Source of the DNA: Bacilli bacterium
GTDB taxonomy: Bacteria; Bacillota_I; Bacilli_A; RFN20; CAG-826
Assembly: GCA_024409055.1 (NCBI GenBank)
Contig: JAKSUL010000006.1
Span: 1-63,610, forward strand
Direction of reading: 5' to 3'
DNA: 63,610 nucleotides
The notes under the pieces are model-generated. The model was given only the letters and a program-made list of their open reading frames with translations, was not told the DNA's origin and did no database searches. The first letter of the stretch is position 1, and the number at the start of each line of letters is the position of its first letter. This document shows positions 37,850 through 48,393 of the stretch, in pieces. The position numbers were made by a program, and so were the translations under genes.

Positions 37850-39340
37850 ATGAAATTAAACAAAGAATCCTATTTGAACAAATTAAAAGGATGCTTCATC
37901 GGTAAAAATATCGGTGGAACAATCGGTGGACCTTACGAAGGAAGGCGCGAGATGCTCGACGTCAAAGGTTTCATCACTTCTAAAGGAGAACCACTCCCAA
38001 ACGATGACTTAGATCTCCAGTTGGTGTGGCTTCAGGCCGTCGAAGACGAAGGCCCGCAACATATCGATAGCGAAACCCTCGGACAATACTGGCAAAGCTT
38101 CATTACTCCATACTGGAACGAATATGGAATTTGCAAGACCAACATGGGTAGAGGCATCATGCCAAGCGTTGCCGGTGATATGGAAAACAATGTTTGGAAG
38201 CATTCAAATGGTGCTTGGATAAGAACCGAAATCTGGGCTTCCTTATGCCCTGGTGCGATTGATACAGCGGTTAAGTACGCCATCGAAGATGCCATAGTTG
38301 ATCATGGGGTTGGTGAAGGAACGGCCGCTGCCGCCTTTGTTGCCGCTTTAGAAAGTGCCGCGTACTTTGAAAGTGACATCGAAAAGTTGATCGATATCGG
38401 TTTAGCGAAAATCGATCCTGACTCCAGACTTCACTCGACGATTGCTTTGGTTAGAAAAGAGTTCTACGCCGGCAAAGATTATGCGACCGTCAGAAACGAA
38501 GTAGTGGAACTTAATAAAGATATTGGCGATGGCTGGTTCCAAGCTCCCAATAACATTGCTTTTGTTGTCATTGGACTTTTATATGGAAAGGGCGATTTCA
38601 AGAAATCAATGATCACCGCAGTTAATTGTGGCGACGATACCGACTGCACAGCCGCGACCGTTGGTTCCATTTTGGGAATTATCCTCGGTGCCGATAAGAT
38701 TCCGGAAGACTGGAAGGAATATATCGGAGATAGGATCATCACCTGCTCCATCAATAGGGGAATTTCATTTAGATTTGCCAACACGATCACTGATCTTGTT
38801 AATAGGATCAGCGCCCAAGCCCCGTATTGCTTATACGCCAACAAAGATAAAGTCGAAATCGTCGATGGTGAAACCGAGATAAGCGAAGAAGAAAGAACGT
38901 CTTTCTTAAAAGAATTCGCAAAAGACGATGAAAGGGATAGCATCCGTGCCCTCCGTTATTCTCTCAAAGCCAATACTTTCAAAACTAGAACCGGACCTTT
39001 GACCACAATCGTCACTTATAAAGATGGCGTGTATTGCAAAGCTGGCGACACCAAGACTTTGGAAGTCATGTTCACTAATAACATCAAGGCTTATGGCAAT
39101 GAAAACCATGAAGCTAAGGTTGAGGTCATTTTGCCGAAAGGAATGACTTGCAGGGAAGATAAAAAAGAAGTCTTCTTGCCTTGCTGGACCCCAATGTCCG
39201 TCATGGCTTATTCGGAGTGTATTTCTTTCGATATCGAAATCAATGAACCGACCGCTACCGCCGAAACCGTTTTACTAAAGATCACCGTTAAGCCTAGGGG
39301 CAAACAATACTTCATCCCGGTCAAGTTTTTGAGAAAGTAA
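37850..39340 (+). CDS. ADP-ribosylglycohydrolase family protein with C-terminal Ig-like extension
   Basis: IGGTIGGPYEG, PNDDLDLQ, NGAWIR, AVNCGDDTDCTAATVGSILG. Confidence 0.85.
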   Translation: MKLNKESYLNKLKGCFIGKNIGGTIGGPYEGRREMLDVKGFITSKGEPLPNDDLDLQLVWLQAVEDEGPQHIDSETLGQYWQSFITPYWNEYGICKTNMGRGIMPSVAGDMENNVWKHSNGAWIRTEIWASLCPGAIDTAVKYAIEDAIVDHGVGEGTAAAAFVAALESAAYFESDIEKLIDIGLAKIDPDSRLHSTIALVRKEFYAGKDYATVRNEVVELNKDIGDGWFQAPNNIAFVVIGLLYGKGDFKKSMITAVNCGDDTDCTAATVGSILGIILGADKIPEDWKEYIGDRIITCSINRGISFRFANTITDLVNRISAQAPYCLYANKDKVEIVDGETEISEEERTSFLKEFAKDDERDSIRALRYSLKANTFKTRTGPLTTIVTYKDGVYCKAGDTKTLEVMFTNNIKAYGNENHEAKVEVILPKGMTCREDKKEVFLPCWTPMSVMAYSECISFDIEINEPTATAETVLLKITVKPRGKQYFIPVKFLRK

Positions 39341-39344
39341 GAAA

Positions 39345-41714
39345 ATGATTACTGATTCAAATACTGTCATAAGGATTATTTCGAACGACTTGTCCGGTCT
39401 TGTTGAGTTCGAAATCGAGTCCGCTAAGACCATAAAATCCCTCACCTTAGATATCTTTGATGGTGGGTCTAATGTGTTTTCGTGTTCGAAAGACGTTGAG
39501 GCTTCGAAAACCGAAATCTCGGCCAAAATAAATGAGCCAAAACTTTGGAGCGTAAATCATCCAAACCTTTATACCTATAAGTTGGTTTTAAAAGGCGAGC
39601 AGGAAGAAGTGGTGGAAGACACTTTTGCCATTAGGAAGATCTCGACGAACGGAAAATACATTTGCATAAACGACACCCCGATATTCGTTAAAGGATACAT
39701 TAGGGGTGCGACCGCGCACGAACATAGCAATAACCTTAATATCTCCGAGGAAGAGTTTTATAGGAAGAACATCAAGCAGGCTAAAGCCTTTGGTTTTAAC
39801 TTAGTTAGATTTCATTCCCAAATCCCAAGCGACACATTCTTTAAAGTCGCCGATGAAGAAGGCCTGCTTGTCCACATTGAGATGAGGCCTCCTCACGATT
39901 TGTATAACAACCTCGAGGAAATGATTCATACTCGCAATGACTTCATCTCCGAGGAGTTCATTTCCGATACGATAAATAGGTTATTTAACCACCCGTCTTT
40001 GCTCGTTTATTGCTTAGGCAATGAAATCAGAAACCTTTCCGACAATAGCATCGTTACCGAAATTGGAAAGGAAATAAAACGCAAAGACCCAACTAGGCTT
40101 TATCTTGATACCTGCGCTTGGGGAGAAAACGGACGTCCAATTGTCGATATCGATGTTCAGCACCTTTCATATTTCTTCCCGTTTGGAAAACATGCCGGCA
40201 TGTACGATGACACCAAGAATTTGATGCTTGGCGACTTCAACAAAGGAAAAGAAATCAAATTCGATGTTCCTCTTCTTGCCCACGAGGTATGTCATTACAC
40301 GGCCTTAAGGGATTTCAAATCCTTGAAGGAAAAATTCGTCGCTAACGAGAAAAACGTCCCGTGGTGGATAGATAGCGAGCTTAACCTCATCAAAGAAAAA
40401 GGGTATGAAGATCGCTACGAAGAGATGTATCACGCCAGTAAGTTGTGGCAGTTGATGTGTTGGAAAATAGCCTACGAAGCCATGAGAAACAGCACCCTTC
40501 TTGGTGGTTTCCATTTCCTTCAGTTCGCCGATACGGATGTATATGAAAACTCCAATGGAGTCGTTGATTGTTTTGATGATGTCAATTATTTGACTCCTGA
40601 GCAATTTAAGACGTTTAACGGGGATATCATCATCACGGCGTTGGTCAATAAATACAATTATTACGCCGGCGACACAATTTCTTTGCCGGTCACGATTTCT
40701 CGTTTCGATGAGCTCAACCTTTCTTCGTGCGACCTCAGGTATCGTTTGAAAGTAGGGGATACGGTTATCGAAAAAATCGTCAAAGACATCGATGTGAGCA
40801 AGCACGATCATTATCAGATTTACGAGATAAAAGAAGTTCTTCCGCCTACTGATATTCAGAAAGAAGCCACCCTTGAATTAACTCTCCTTTCCAAAGGAAA
40901 CAAGATTTGTTCGAATAGATATTCCCTCTATGTTTACCCAAGAAGGGAAGAGATTTCTTACGAAGAATTCGTGAACTACGAAAAAGGCGATGTCGTTGTT
41001 ACCGATGACATCGAAAAATGCTTATCCGCTTTAGGTGAAGGAAAGAACGTTTGCCTTGTTTATAGAAGCGATTACACAAGACACGTCCTCCATAAAGACA
41101 TGAAAGCCCCGAAGTATGCTTTCAAGGCTTCGTGGAATAGATTCAAGCCTGTCATCTGGGATAGAGGCACGAATTTCGGCGGAATTATCGATATTTCAAA
41201 ACTTACTAAATATGGTTTCAATAATCCCGTCCTTGGGTGCGCGTATTGTTCGCTTTCCGAGGACAGTGATAAGATTATCTTAGATAATCAGCCCTGGAAA
41301 AGTACGAATCTTATTTCCGGGATTGATAAGTGCAACCGCGATAGGTTCGACGCCTACAAAGGCTCGTTCAACCTACCGGAGCCGATGCCGGATCGCACCT
41401 TAAGAGATTACTCATACTTGTTCTCTCTCAAGGTTGGTGAAGGAAAGTTGCTTGTGACTGGGTTCAACCTCTTGGGCCTAGATGAAAACGAAAGCAGTGC
41501 CAACAACATGGCCCACTTCATCATCGATTATCTAAATTCGAAAGACTTCAATCCTGAAGGCGAAACCACAATCGAAGAATTCAGGAATTATTTGAAGGAA
41601 AGCGCCGAAAAGCCAGTCAAAGAAAGAATGATGACTCAGTTCTGGGCGCTTGATGACGCTCCTGTCGAATCCAAACAATATTGGGAAGATTCGAGGGCGT
41701 ATTTGAAAGACTAA
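39345..41714 (+). CDS. GH2-like glycoside hydrolase (Ig + TIM barrel)
   Basis: EPKLWSVNHPNLY, KAFGFNLVRFHS, ADEEGLLV, NHPSLLVYCLGNE, LGGFHFLQFAD. Confidence 0.75.
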   Translation: MITDSNTVIRIISNDLSGLVEFEIESAKTIKSLTLDIFDGGSNVFSCSKDVEASKTEISAKINEPKLWSVNHPNLYTYKLVLKGEQEEVVEDTFAIRKISTNGKYICINDTPIFVKGYIRGATAHEHSNNLNISEEEFYRKNIKQAKAFGFNLVRFHSQIPSDTFFKVADEEGLLVHIEMRPPHDLYNNLEEMIHTRNDFISEEFISDTINRLFNHPSLLVYCLGNEIRNLSDNSIVTEIGKEIKRKDPTRLYLDTCAWGENGRPIVDIDVQHLSYFFPFGKHAGMYDDTKNLMLGDFNKGKEIKFDVPLLAHEVCHYTALRDFKSLKEKFVANEKNVPWWIDSELNLIKEKGYEDRYEEMYHASKLWQLMCWKIAYEAMRNSTLLGGFHFLQFADTDVYENSNGVVDCFDDVNYLTPEQFKTFNGDIIITALVNKYNYYAGDTISLPVTISRFDELNLSSCDLRYRLKVGDTVIEKIVKDIDVSKHDHYQIYEIKEVLPPTDIQKEATLELTLLSKGNKICSNRYSLYVYPRREEISYEEFVNYEKGDVVVTDDIEKCLSALGEGKNVCLVYRSDYTRHVLHKDMKAPKYAFKASWNRFKPVIWDRGTNFGGIIDISKLTKYGFNNPVLGCAYCSLSEDSDKIILDNQPWKSTNLISGIDKCNRDRFDAYKGSFNLPEPMPDRTLRDYSYLFSLKVGEGKLLVTGFNLLGLDENESSANNMAHFIIDYLNSKDFNPEGETTIEEFRNYLKESAEKPVKERMMTQFWALDDAPVESKQYWEDSRAYLKD

Positions 41715-41734
41715 TTATTTAGGAGGTTCTTACC

Positions 41735-43420
41735 ATGAACATGAAAAAGGCATTGACCGTTGCTGGAGCGATGGTCTTCGTTACCGCCGGAGCCACAACT
41801 TTGGCCAGCTGCGGAAAATCCGACATCGATACCACCAAAACCCAGCTTTACGTTTTGAACTACCAAGGCGGTTATGGAAAGAAATGGCTCGAGAACGCCG
41901 CTAGACGTTATGAGGAAATGTATAAAGATCGTTCCTTCCAGCCAGGCAAAACTGGTCTTGAGATTATTGTTCAAGAAGAAAAGCAAAGGCCGAACAACGC
42001 TGTTTTGAAGAATAGCAATTACGAGTTGATTTGCTTCGAAGGCTTGGTCTATAAGGACCTCATGGCCGACAACATGTGCGCCGATATCACCAAATACGTC
42101 ACGAATCCTAATCCGTACGAAACGGAAAAGACCATCGAGAGCAAGATGTATGAAGAGCAGAAAGATTTCTTCAAAGATAACGGCAAGTACTACGTCCTCC
42201 CGAACTATGTCGGAACCTTTGGCGTCGTCTATAACAAAAAAGTCTTCGACCAAAACGGTTTATACTTTGTCGACGGATATGAATCCCTTGAAGGCGATGA
42301 AAGGTTTACCATCGTCCCTGAGGAAAGAAGTGCTGGTCCGGATGGAGCCTACAACACCGAAGATGACGGACTCCCGGTCACATACGAGGATTTCTATGAT
42401 CTCTGCTCCTATATCGATAGCAGAACTCTTGTTCCCCTTATTTGGATGGGCAAGAACTCCCAGAACTATTTAACCGATTTAACTTCCGCCATGATCGCCA
42501 ACTATGACGGATACGAAAATTACAAAGCCAACTATTTGATGGATGGCACTTTCGAGGCCGCCAAGATCGATGATGCTAACGGCACCGTTAAGTTCAACGC
42601 CGATGGATCCATCGAAACCGAAATGGTCACCGTTCACCCGGGTAAAGTCGGAAACGCCTATGATGGATATGAAATCCAGCGCAGCGCTTCTAAGTACTAC
42701 GCCTTCGACTTCATCAAGAACATCGTCCACAACAAAGGACAATGGGCTTATGACCGTTTGAATGATTCCTTGTTGCACACCGATGCCCAGAGCCTTTTTA
42801 TCAACTCTCAATTCGGAGTTCTTCCGTCTTTCAAGAAGCCGAACGCCCAAATCGCTATGCTTTTTGAAGGTAACTGGTGGGAATCCGAAGCCAGCGAAGT
42901 TTTCGAAGGCTTGTCTCAAGACGAGAAGAGCCAGCTCGACTATGGTTGGATGCCTCTTCCGAGAAACGTTCACTCCACCAACAACAAAAACACCAGCATC
43001 AGCTCTTTGACCTCTTACATGTTCGTTAAGAACGGACTTGAGGACTATCAGACTGAGTTGGCCGCCGACTTCATGCAGTATCTCAATACCGACGCTGCTT
43101 ATGAAGAATTCAGCGTCTTGACCTCTGCCGTTAAGTCCTTCAAATACGAGCTTAGTGCCGAAAGCAAAGCCAAGATGACCAAATGCGGTCAACACTTCTG
43201 GGATTACTTCCAAGAATCCGAAAAGATCTTCCCGCAAAGCCACAACGGTCAGTTCACCGATGCCCTTTCTTCGTTTGAGCTTTCCAGGCGTTACTTCACC
43301 AAAGAGACCATGACTTGGCCGTCTTTGAACTTCGCTACTGATCCAAACGAAACCGCCGGCACATACATGAATAAGATGTATCACTACTACAAGGACACCA
43401 TCTGGAGCAAATTGCAATAA
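41735..43420 (+). CDS. ABC transporter solute-binding lipoprotein
   Basis: Lipobox LASC; GGYGKKWL, GVVYNKKVF, AMLFEGNWWE, AADFMQYLNTD; precedes two permeases. Confidence 0.85.
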   Translation: MNMKKALTVAGAMVFVTAGATTLASCGKSDIDTTKTQLYVLNYQGGYGKKWLENAARRYEEMYKDRSFQPGKTGLEIIVQEEKQRPNNAVLKNSNYELICFEGLVYKDLMADNMCADITKYVTNPNPYETEKTIESKMYEEQKDFFKDNGKYYVLPNYVGTFGVVYNKKVFDQNGLYFVDGYESLEGDERFTIVPEERSAGPDGAYNTEDDGLPVTYEDFYDLCSYIDSRTLVPLIWMGKNSQNYLTDLTSAMIANYDGYENYKANYLMDGTFEAAKIDDANGTVKFNADGSIETEMVTVHPGKVGNAYDGYEIQRSASKYYAFDFIKNIVHNKGQWAYDRLNDSLLHTDAQSLFINSQFGVLPSFKKPNAQIAMLFEGNWWESEASEVFEGLSQDEKSQLDYGWMPLPRNVHSTNNKNTSISSLTSYMFVKNGLEDYQTELAADFMQYLNTDAAYEEFSVLTSAVKSFKYELSAESKAKMTKCGQHFWDYFQESEKIFPQSHNGQFTDALSSFELSRRYFTKETMTWPSLNFATDPNETAGTYMNKMYHYYKDTIWSKLQ

Positions 43421-44346
43421 TGCGAGTCAGAAGAAAAGTTAGCGACAGCAAAAAGAGTGATTTGGGTTTCCAACTCCTCCTTTTGGCGTGGCCGGTAATT
43501 CAATTTTGCATCTTCTACATTTACGTCAACATCAACACCGTCAGACTCGCCTTCAACTTTGGCGAGACTAGCGGTGGACCGTTCGTTTATTTGGAATATG
43601 TTTCCCAAAACCCTGAATTCTTAAAGGGCGCTGGATTATCGTTGCTTCTTTACTTGGTCTGCACGGCCATTTCCATTCCTTTGGCCCTTCTTTTCGCTTA
43701 TTACATCTACAAGAAGTTCAAAGGTGGAAAGCTGTTCAGATTCCTCTTGTTCTTACCGTCCATCATCTCCGCTACCGTTTTGATCATCATCTTCACCAAA
43801 TTTACGGCTTATGACCTTTTGGTGTTTCAGCATGATGTCTTGGGTGTGGAGGTCCCGGTATCGATAACATCGGGCGAATTTAAGTATGTCTGGGTTGTCG
43901 TCATTGGTTTCTACCTCTTCTTGAACTTTGGCACAACGACTCTCATCTATTCCAACAAGATGAGCGAAATCTCCACCGAAGTCGTCGAGGCCGCAAGGCT
44001 TGACGGCGTTAACCGCCTCCAGGAGTTCTGGCACATCGTTCTCCCTGGCGTTTGGCCGACTTTATCTACGTTCATCATCACTGGCATGGCAACCATATTC
44101 ACCAACCAGTATTTCTTGTTCACCTTCTACTCAAGCACCGCTGTTACCACATTAGGAAACGCCCCGCTTGGCTATATCATTTATAACTCCATTCAGGATG
44201 CCTTCCTTTCCCCGCAGTCGGTTGAAAGAGCCCCAGTTATGTATCACAACATGGCGGCTTTGGGTATTTTGATTACCGCCGTTACCATTCCTCTTGTTTT
44301 CGGAGGAAGGGCACTTCTTAAACGTTTCGGACCATCGGAGAAATAA
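43420..44346 (+). CDS. Carbohydrate ABC transporter permease (MalF/UgpA type)
   Basis: FRFLLFLPSII, EAA loop EVVEAARLDGVN. Confidence 0.9.
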   Translation: MRVRRKVSDSKKSDLGFQLLLLAWPVIQFCIFYIYVNINTVRLAFNFGETSGGPFVYLEYVSQNPEFLKGAGLSLLLYLVCTAISIPLALLFAYYIYKKFKGGKLFRFLLFLPSIISATVLIIIFTKFTAYDLLVFQHDVLGVEVPVSITSGEFKYVWVVVIGFYLFLNFGTTTLIYSNKMSEISTEVVEAARLDGVNRLQEFWHIVLPGVWPTLSTFIITGMATIFTNQYFLFTFYSSTAVTTLGNAPLGYIIYNSIQDAFLSPQSVERAPVMYHNMAALGILITAVTIPLVFGGRALLKRFGPSEK

Positions 44347-44348
44347 TT

Positions 44349-45272
44349 ATGTTGAAGAGTAAGAAAATATCCCTTTCCCACAACAAGTTATCGGCTTCCT
44401 CCATTTTCATTTTGGTGATCCTTCTTGTTTATACTGCTTTCTTGGCTTTCCTTATCTTTTGGGCCTTCATGGTTGCCTTCCAAACCACCGACAAACAGAT
44501 TTTCAATAAGTGTGGTGGAGCCTATTACAAGATGCCGCCTCATTTTGAACTGCATTTTGCCGAAGTTATCGAAAAGCTTCAGTTAAATGGTTTGCCAGGC
44601 GAAGCCAAACAGAACTTCTTTGATATTTTGAGGAACAGTTTACTTTATTCCGTTTTGTCTGCTTTCTTGAAGACTTTGATCCCTTGCCTCACCGCTTATG
44701 CGTGCGCTAGGTTCAACTTCAAAACCGGCAAGGTCGTTTATACCGCCGTTTTGATGGCTATGATCGTTCCGCTTGTCGGAAGCCAATCCTCTGAGCTTGA
44801 GCTTGTTTCGAAGTTCGTGGTCGGCGATTATTCGCTCATCATCGATAACGTCATCGGAACCTCGTTATTAAAAGCCAACATGCTCGGCTTATATTTCTTC
44901 GTTTTCTATTCGACATTCGAAAGCATGCCGAAAGATTATTTCGAAGCCGCTCGTATTGACGGAGCCGGCAACTGGAGCGTCCTCTTCAAGATCGCTTTTC
45001 CTCTCGTCAAAAATGTCTTCTTGACTGTCTTTATCATCGAATTCGTCCAGTTCTGGAATGACTATCAGACCCCAATGGTCTATTTGAACCATAGACCGAC
45101 CCTCGGCTTTGCTTTGTGGCAATTAAGCTTTGGCACCGCTGGAGCCGCTTTGTCCAACCCAGTCTTAGCTATGACCACCGTCATCTTATGCGCCTTACCG
45201 GTTGTTATCCTCTTTATCATCTTCAAAGATAAATTCATGGGCAATTTAACCATGGGCGGTATCAAAGGATAG
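44349..45272 (+). CDS. Carbohydrate ABC transporter permease (MalG/UgpE type)
   Basis: EAA loop YFEAARIDGAG, WNDY, C-terminal GGIKG. Confidence 0.92.
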   Translation: MLKSKKISLSHNKLSASSIFILVILLVYTAFLAFLIFWAFMVAFQTTDKQIFNKCGGAYYKMPPHFELHFAEVIEKLQLNGLPGEAKQNFFDILRNSLLYSVLSAFLKTLIPCLTAYACARFNFKTGKVVYTAVLMAMIVPLVGSQSSELELVSKFVVGDYSLIIDNVIGTSLLKANMLGLYFFVFYSTFESMPKDYFEAARIDGAGNWSVLFKIAFPLVKNVFLTVFIIEFVQFWNDYQTPMVYLNHRPTLGFALWQLSFGTAGAALSNPVLAMTTVILCALPVVILFIIFKDKFMGNLTMGGIKG

Positions 45273-45282
45273 GAGAACCCAT

Positions 45283-48200
45283 ATGAAGAAACACATATTT
45301 TTCCCCTTGATAGTCGGAGTTTCCTTATTAACTTCCGGCTGTTCTTTTAATGTAAGCGGAGTGCCTACAAAAGTTACGAAGGGATGGTCCGAGGCAAAAG
45401 CCATCAACGGAAACCTTGGCGAAACCATCACTCTTCCTGACGTAACTTATACCGATGGCCAAGCTTATAAAGCCACTAAAATCACCACCTATCCTGACGG
45501 AAGCGAAAAGATGGGAGATGTCATCGAGCTCACCATGTCTGGCTTATACACGGTCACCTATACCGCGATCGTCGATGGCGAAGTCGTCAATAAAGTCGAA
45601 ACTTTCTTCGTTGATTATCCCCAGTTAAAAGTCGGGAACCCCGTCTCTTCGGTTGAATACCTCGAAAATCCAAAAGAGGCCGGAATCAACGCCGATAAAC
45701 CAGGCGCTTTCGTTAAGCTTGCCTATGGCGATACACTCTCTTTCACCAAACCGGTTTATATGAAGGATCTCGTCAGCACTAATTTGCTCACGAAGTTCTA
45801 TGTTGTTCCTTCTAATCCTGGAAGCGTCGATTTCAGCGCCATCACTCTCACGCTAACTAACCCCGACAATCCGGATAACTACGTGAAGATGATTTACTAT
45901 TCTCACGTCGAAACCAACTCCAACGGAAGCGTTAGCCACAGCTCCTCCGTGTGCGCTAGGAGCGACGCCTGCAACGTCTACGCCGGCATTCACCAGAGCC
46001 AAGGCCTCCACACCAACGACAAATACGGTCTTTGGTCCGGATGCACATTCGATGGTTACGTTCAGCCTGCTTACGCTAGCGACAAAATTGATACTTGCAT
46101 GTTCTGCTTTGGCTTCGACGCCACGACCAACGAAACCTTTGGAACTGGCTTCAACTTAGGTAGAAGCGGCGACAAAATCCTCGATCTTGATGACCCGAAC
46201 CAAGTAAGAAAGGTTTGGGGTGGTTTCACAAGTGATAGGGTTCTTATGTCCATCAGCTGCGATTCCTATTCGTCCACAACAGCCAATTTCGTTATCACTG
46301 ATATCTTCGGCGTCACCGGTGAAGAACTTAAGAGCAACATCTTCGTTGACGATGAGGACCCTGAAATTAAATTGGTCAATGACGTCACTCTCCCAAGTGG
46401 TGCCGTTGGATACACATATCCGATCCCCGAGGCCTATGCTTACGACAAGATTTCCTTGGAACTTCCAGTCGATGTTAACGTCTATCAAAACTATGATGAT
46501 CCGGATAACCGCGTGAAGGTTAAGGTCGAAAACAATAAATTCCGCATGGAAAATGCCGGTCTTTATTCGATCGTCTATGAAACCAAAGACCACGCCGGAA
46601 ATAATGCCAAGTTGGTCAAATCAATCTCGGTTCTTCAGAATCTTTCCAAGCCGGAATTCGAACTTCCGACCCATATCAGCGAAGCTCAAGTTGGAACCTA
46701 TATTCCTTTAGAGCACAGCATTGATATCGTCTCCCACTGCGGAGAAGCGACGCTTAACACTTACTATAGCAGCGCTTCCCACGAAAAGACCTTGGTGGAA
46801 GATGGCTTTAGGCTTGATAAAGTCGAAGATTTCACCGTTTATTACGAGGCCGTTGATATGGTCGGCCAAGTCACTTCAAAGACCTATACGATCCACGTCT
46901 TGAATGACAATATCCCGGTCTTGGAGAAGGAAGTCGCCCTTCCTAAATATTTCATCGCCGGCGCTTTCTATAAAGTTCCGAGCATCAAGGTTTGCCTCTT
47001 TAGAAACAACCAGCTTGTCTATGAAGACGCGAAGCTTGAACTCACATGCGATGGCCAATCCAAGTCCTATGGAGAAGGAGAAGAATATTCGCCTTCCATC
47101 AATAGCCAAAGGGAAACCGTTAACGCCAAAATCAAATATAACGATGTCGTTTTGACTTCCACTGACATCCTCACTATTAAATCCACTGGCAAGGATGACA
47201 ATCCGAACAAATTGGATTTAGAGAATTATTTCATCACCAAAGGCGGAGATTTCACCTTGCGTCCGAATAACGCCAAATTCCCTGAAGATAAAGAAAGAGG
47301 AGCTTATTTCTCCAGCGTCTCCGGAAGTGATTTCGGATTCGATTTTGCCAACTATATCCTAGGAATGAACTTCTCCGTCACATTGAATAAGGTTCTTAAC
47401 GCGAAAGCCGGAACTAGGGTCAAAGTCATCCTCACCGACGCCGATGATTTCAACAACAAGATTTCCGCAAGCTTTACTTATGACGGAACCAACACTTACT
47501 TCGAAGTTGGAAGTAGCAAGGTTATGTGCCTTGACACCCTCTTCAATGTCGACGACGAAAGGAATACGTTCCCGTTAGCCTTTGACGGCACCCAATTCAT
47601 CTATAACAACGACGTCCGCCTTACCCCATTTACCAGGGAAGATGGCAAAGCCTTCACCGGATTTAATAGCCAAAATGTCTATTTCTCCCTCGAAACAACT
47701 TCTTGTTCCAATAACACCAGCCTTTTGGTTGGAGATTTATGCGGATACATCTTCAAGAGCGGAACCTCTAGGGACGTCACCGCTCCGGTCATTTACATGC
47801 CGGATAGCATCGGTGGCACCAAGAATCTAAATGACGTATACGTCACTTCGAAGATGTACGCCTACGACGTTCTTTCGCCAAATGTCGTCTTCACCTTGAC
47901 CGTTAAAAACGACAAGAACCAATTCGCCAAAGACGTGAATGGAAACGACGTCAACGAAGTCGATCCATCCAAGTCCCACGATATCGTCTTGTCTGATTAT
48001 GGAACATACACCTTCAAGATCAGCGCTCAGGAAGATCCGAGGTTCGTTCGTTACCCGAACATCTCTTCTTACTCTAGGTCCGTCCACGTTTACGACGACG
48101 TGAAACCGACCCTCACCCTTTTAGAACAGTTCCAAAGCGAAGTTAAGGTCGGAACGGAAGTTAGATTCCCCAAATTCACTTATAGCGATAACCATGACAC

Positions 48201-48381
48201 TCAGGAACAATTGATTGTCCAAAGAACTTACATCGACGCCAAAGGACGTTATCACTACATGAGCGAGACCGAAAACTCGATCAAGTTCATCTATAAAGGA
48301 ACTTACAAAATCATGATCAACGTCATGGACACAAGCGGAAACATCGCCAACGCGACGATGTATGTCTCCGTCATTGACTAA
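45283..48381 (+). CDS. 1032-aa lipoprotein with multiple Ig-like/beta-sandwich domains, unknown function
   Basis: Lipobox TSGC; recurring DxxxPxI starts and GxYxIxYxxxD.xGN ends (GLYSIVYETKDHAGN, GTYKIMINVMDTSGN). Confidence 0.75.
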   Translation: MKKHIFFPLIVGVSLLTSGCSFNVSGVPTKVTKGWSEAKAINGNLGETITLPDVTYTDGQAYKATKITTYPDGSEKMGDVIELTMSGLYTVTYTAIVDGEVVNKVETFFVDYPQLKVGNPVSSVEYLENPKEAGINADKPGAFVKLAYGDTLSFTKPVYMKDLVSTNLLTKFYVVPSNPGSVDFSAITLTLTNPDNPDNYVKMIYYSHVETNSNGSVSHSSSVCARSDACNVYAGIHQSQGLHTNDKYGLWSGCTFDGYVQPAYASDKIDTCMFCFGFDATTNETFGTGFNLGRSGDKILDLDDPNQVRKVWGGFTSDRVLMSISCDSYSSTTANFVITDIFGVTGEELKSNIFVDDEDPEIKLVNDVTLPSGAVGYTYPIPEAYAYDKISLELPVDVNVYQNYDDPDNRVKVKVENNKFRMENAGLYSIVYETKDHAGNNAKLVKSISVLQNLSKPEFELPTHISEAQVGTYIPLEHSIDIVSHCGEATLNTYYSSASHEKTLVEDGFRLDKVEDFTVYYEAVDMVGQVTSKTYTIHVLNDNIPVLEKEVALPKYFIAGAFYKVPSIKVCLFRNNQLVYEDAKLELTCDGQSKSYGEGEEYSPSINSQRETVNAKIKYNDVVLTSTDILTIKSTGKDDNPNKLDLENYFITKGGDFTLRPNNAKFPEDKERGAYFSSVSGSDFGFDFANYILGMNFSVTLNKVLNAKAGTRVKVILTDADDFNNKISASFTYDGTNTYFEVGSSKVMCLDTLFNVDDERNTFPLAFDGTQFIYNNDVRLTPFTREDGKAFTGFNSQNVYFSLETTSCSNNTSLLVGDLCGYIFKSGTSRDVTAPVIYMPDSIGGTKNLNDVYVTSKMYAYDVLSPNVVFTLTVKNDKNQFAKDVNGNDVNEVDPSKSHDIVLSDYGTYTFKISAQEDPRFVRYPNISSYSRSVHVYDDVKPTLTLLEQFQSEVKVGTEVRFPKFTYSDNHDTQEQLIVQRTYIDAKGRYHYMSETENSIKFIYKGTYKIMINVMDTSGNIANATMYVSVID

Positions 48382-48393
48382 GGAGGATTGAAT

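Noticed and set aside
42479-43417. 312-aa antisense ORF
   Set aside because: Shadow of the solute-binding protein gene; no independent evidence
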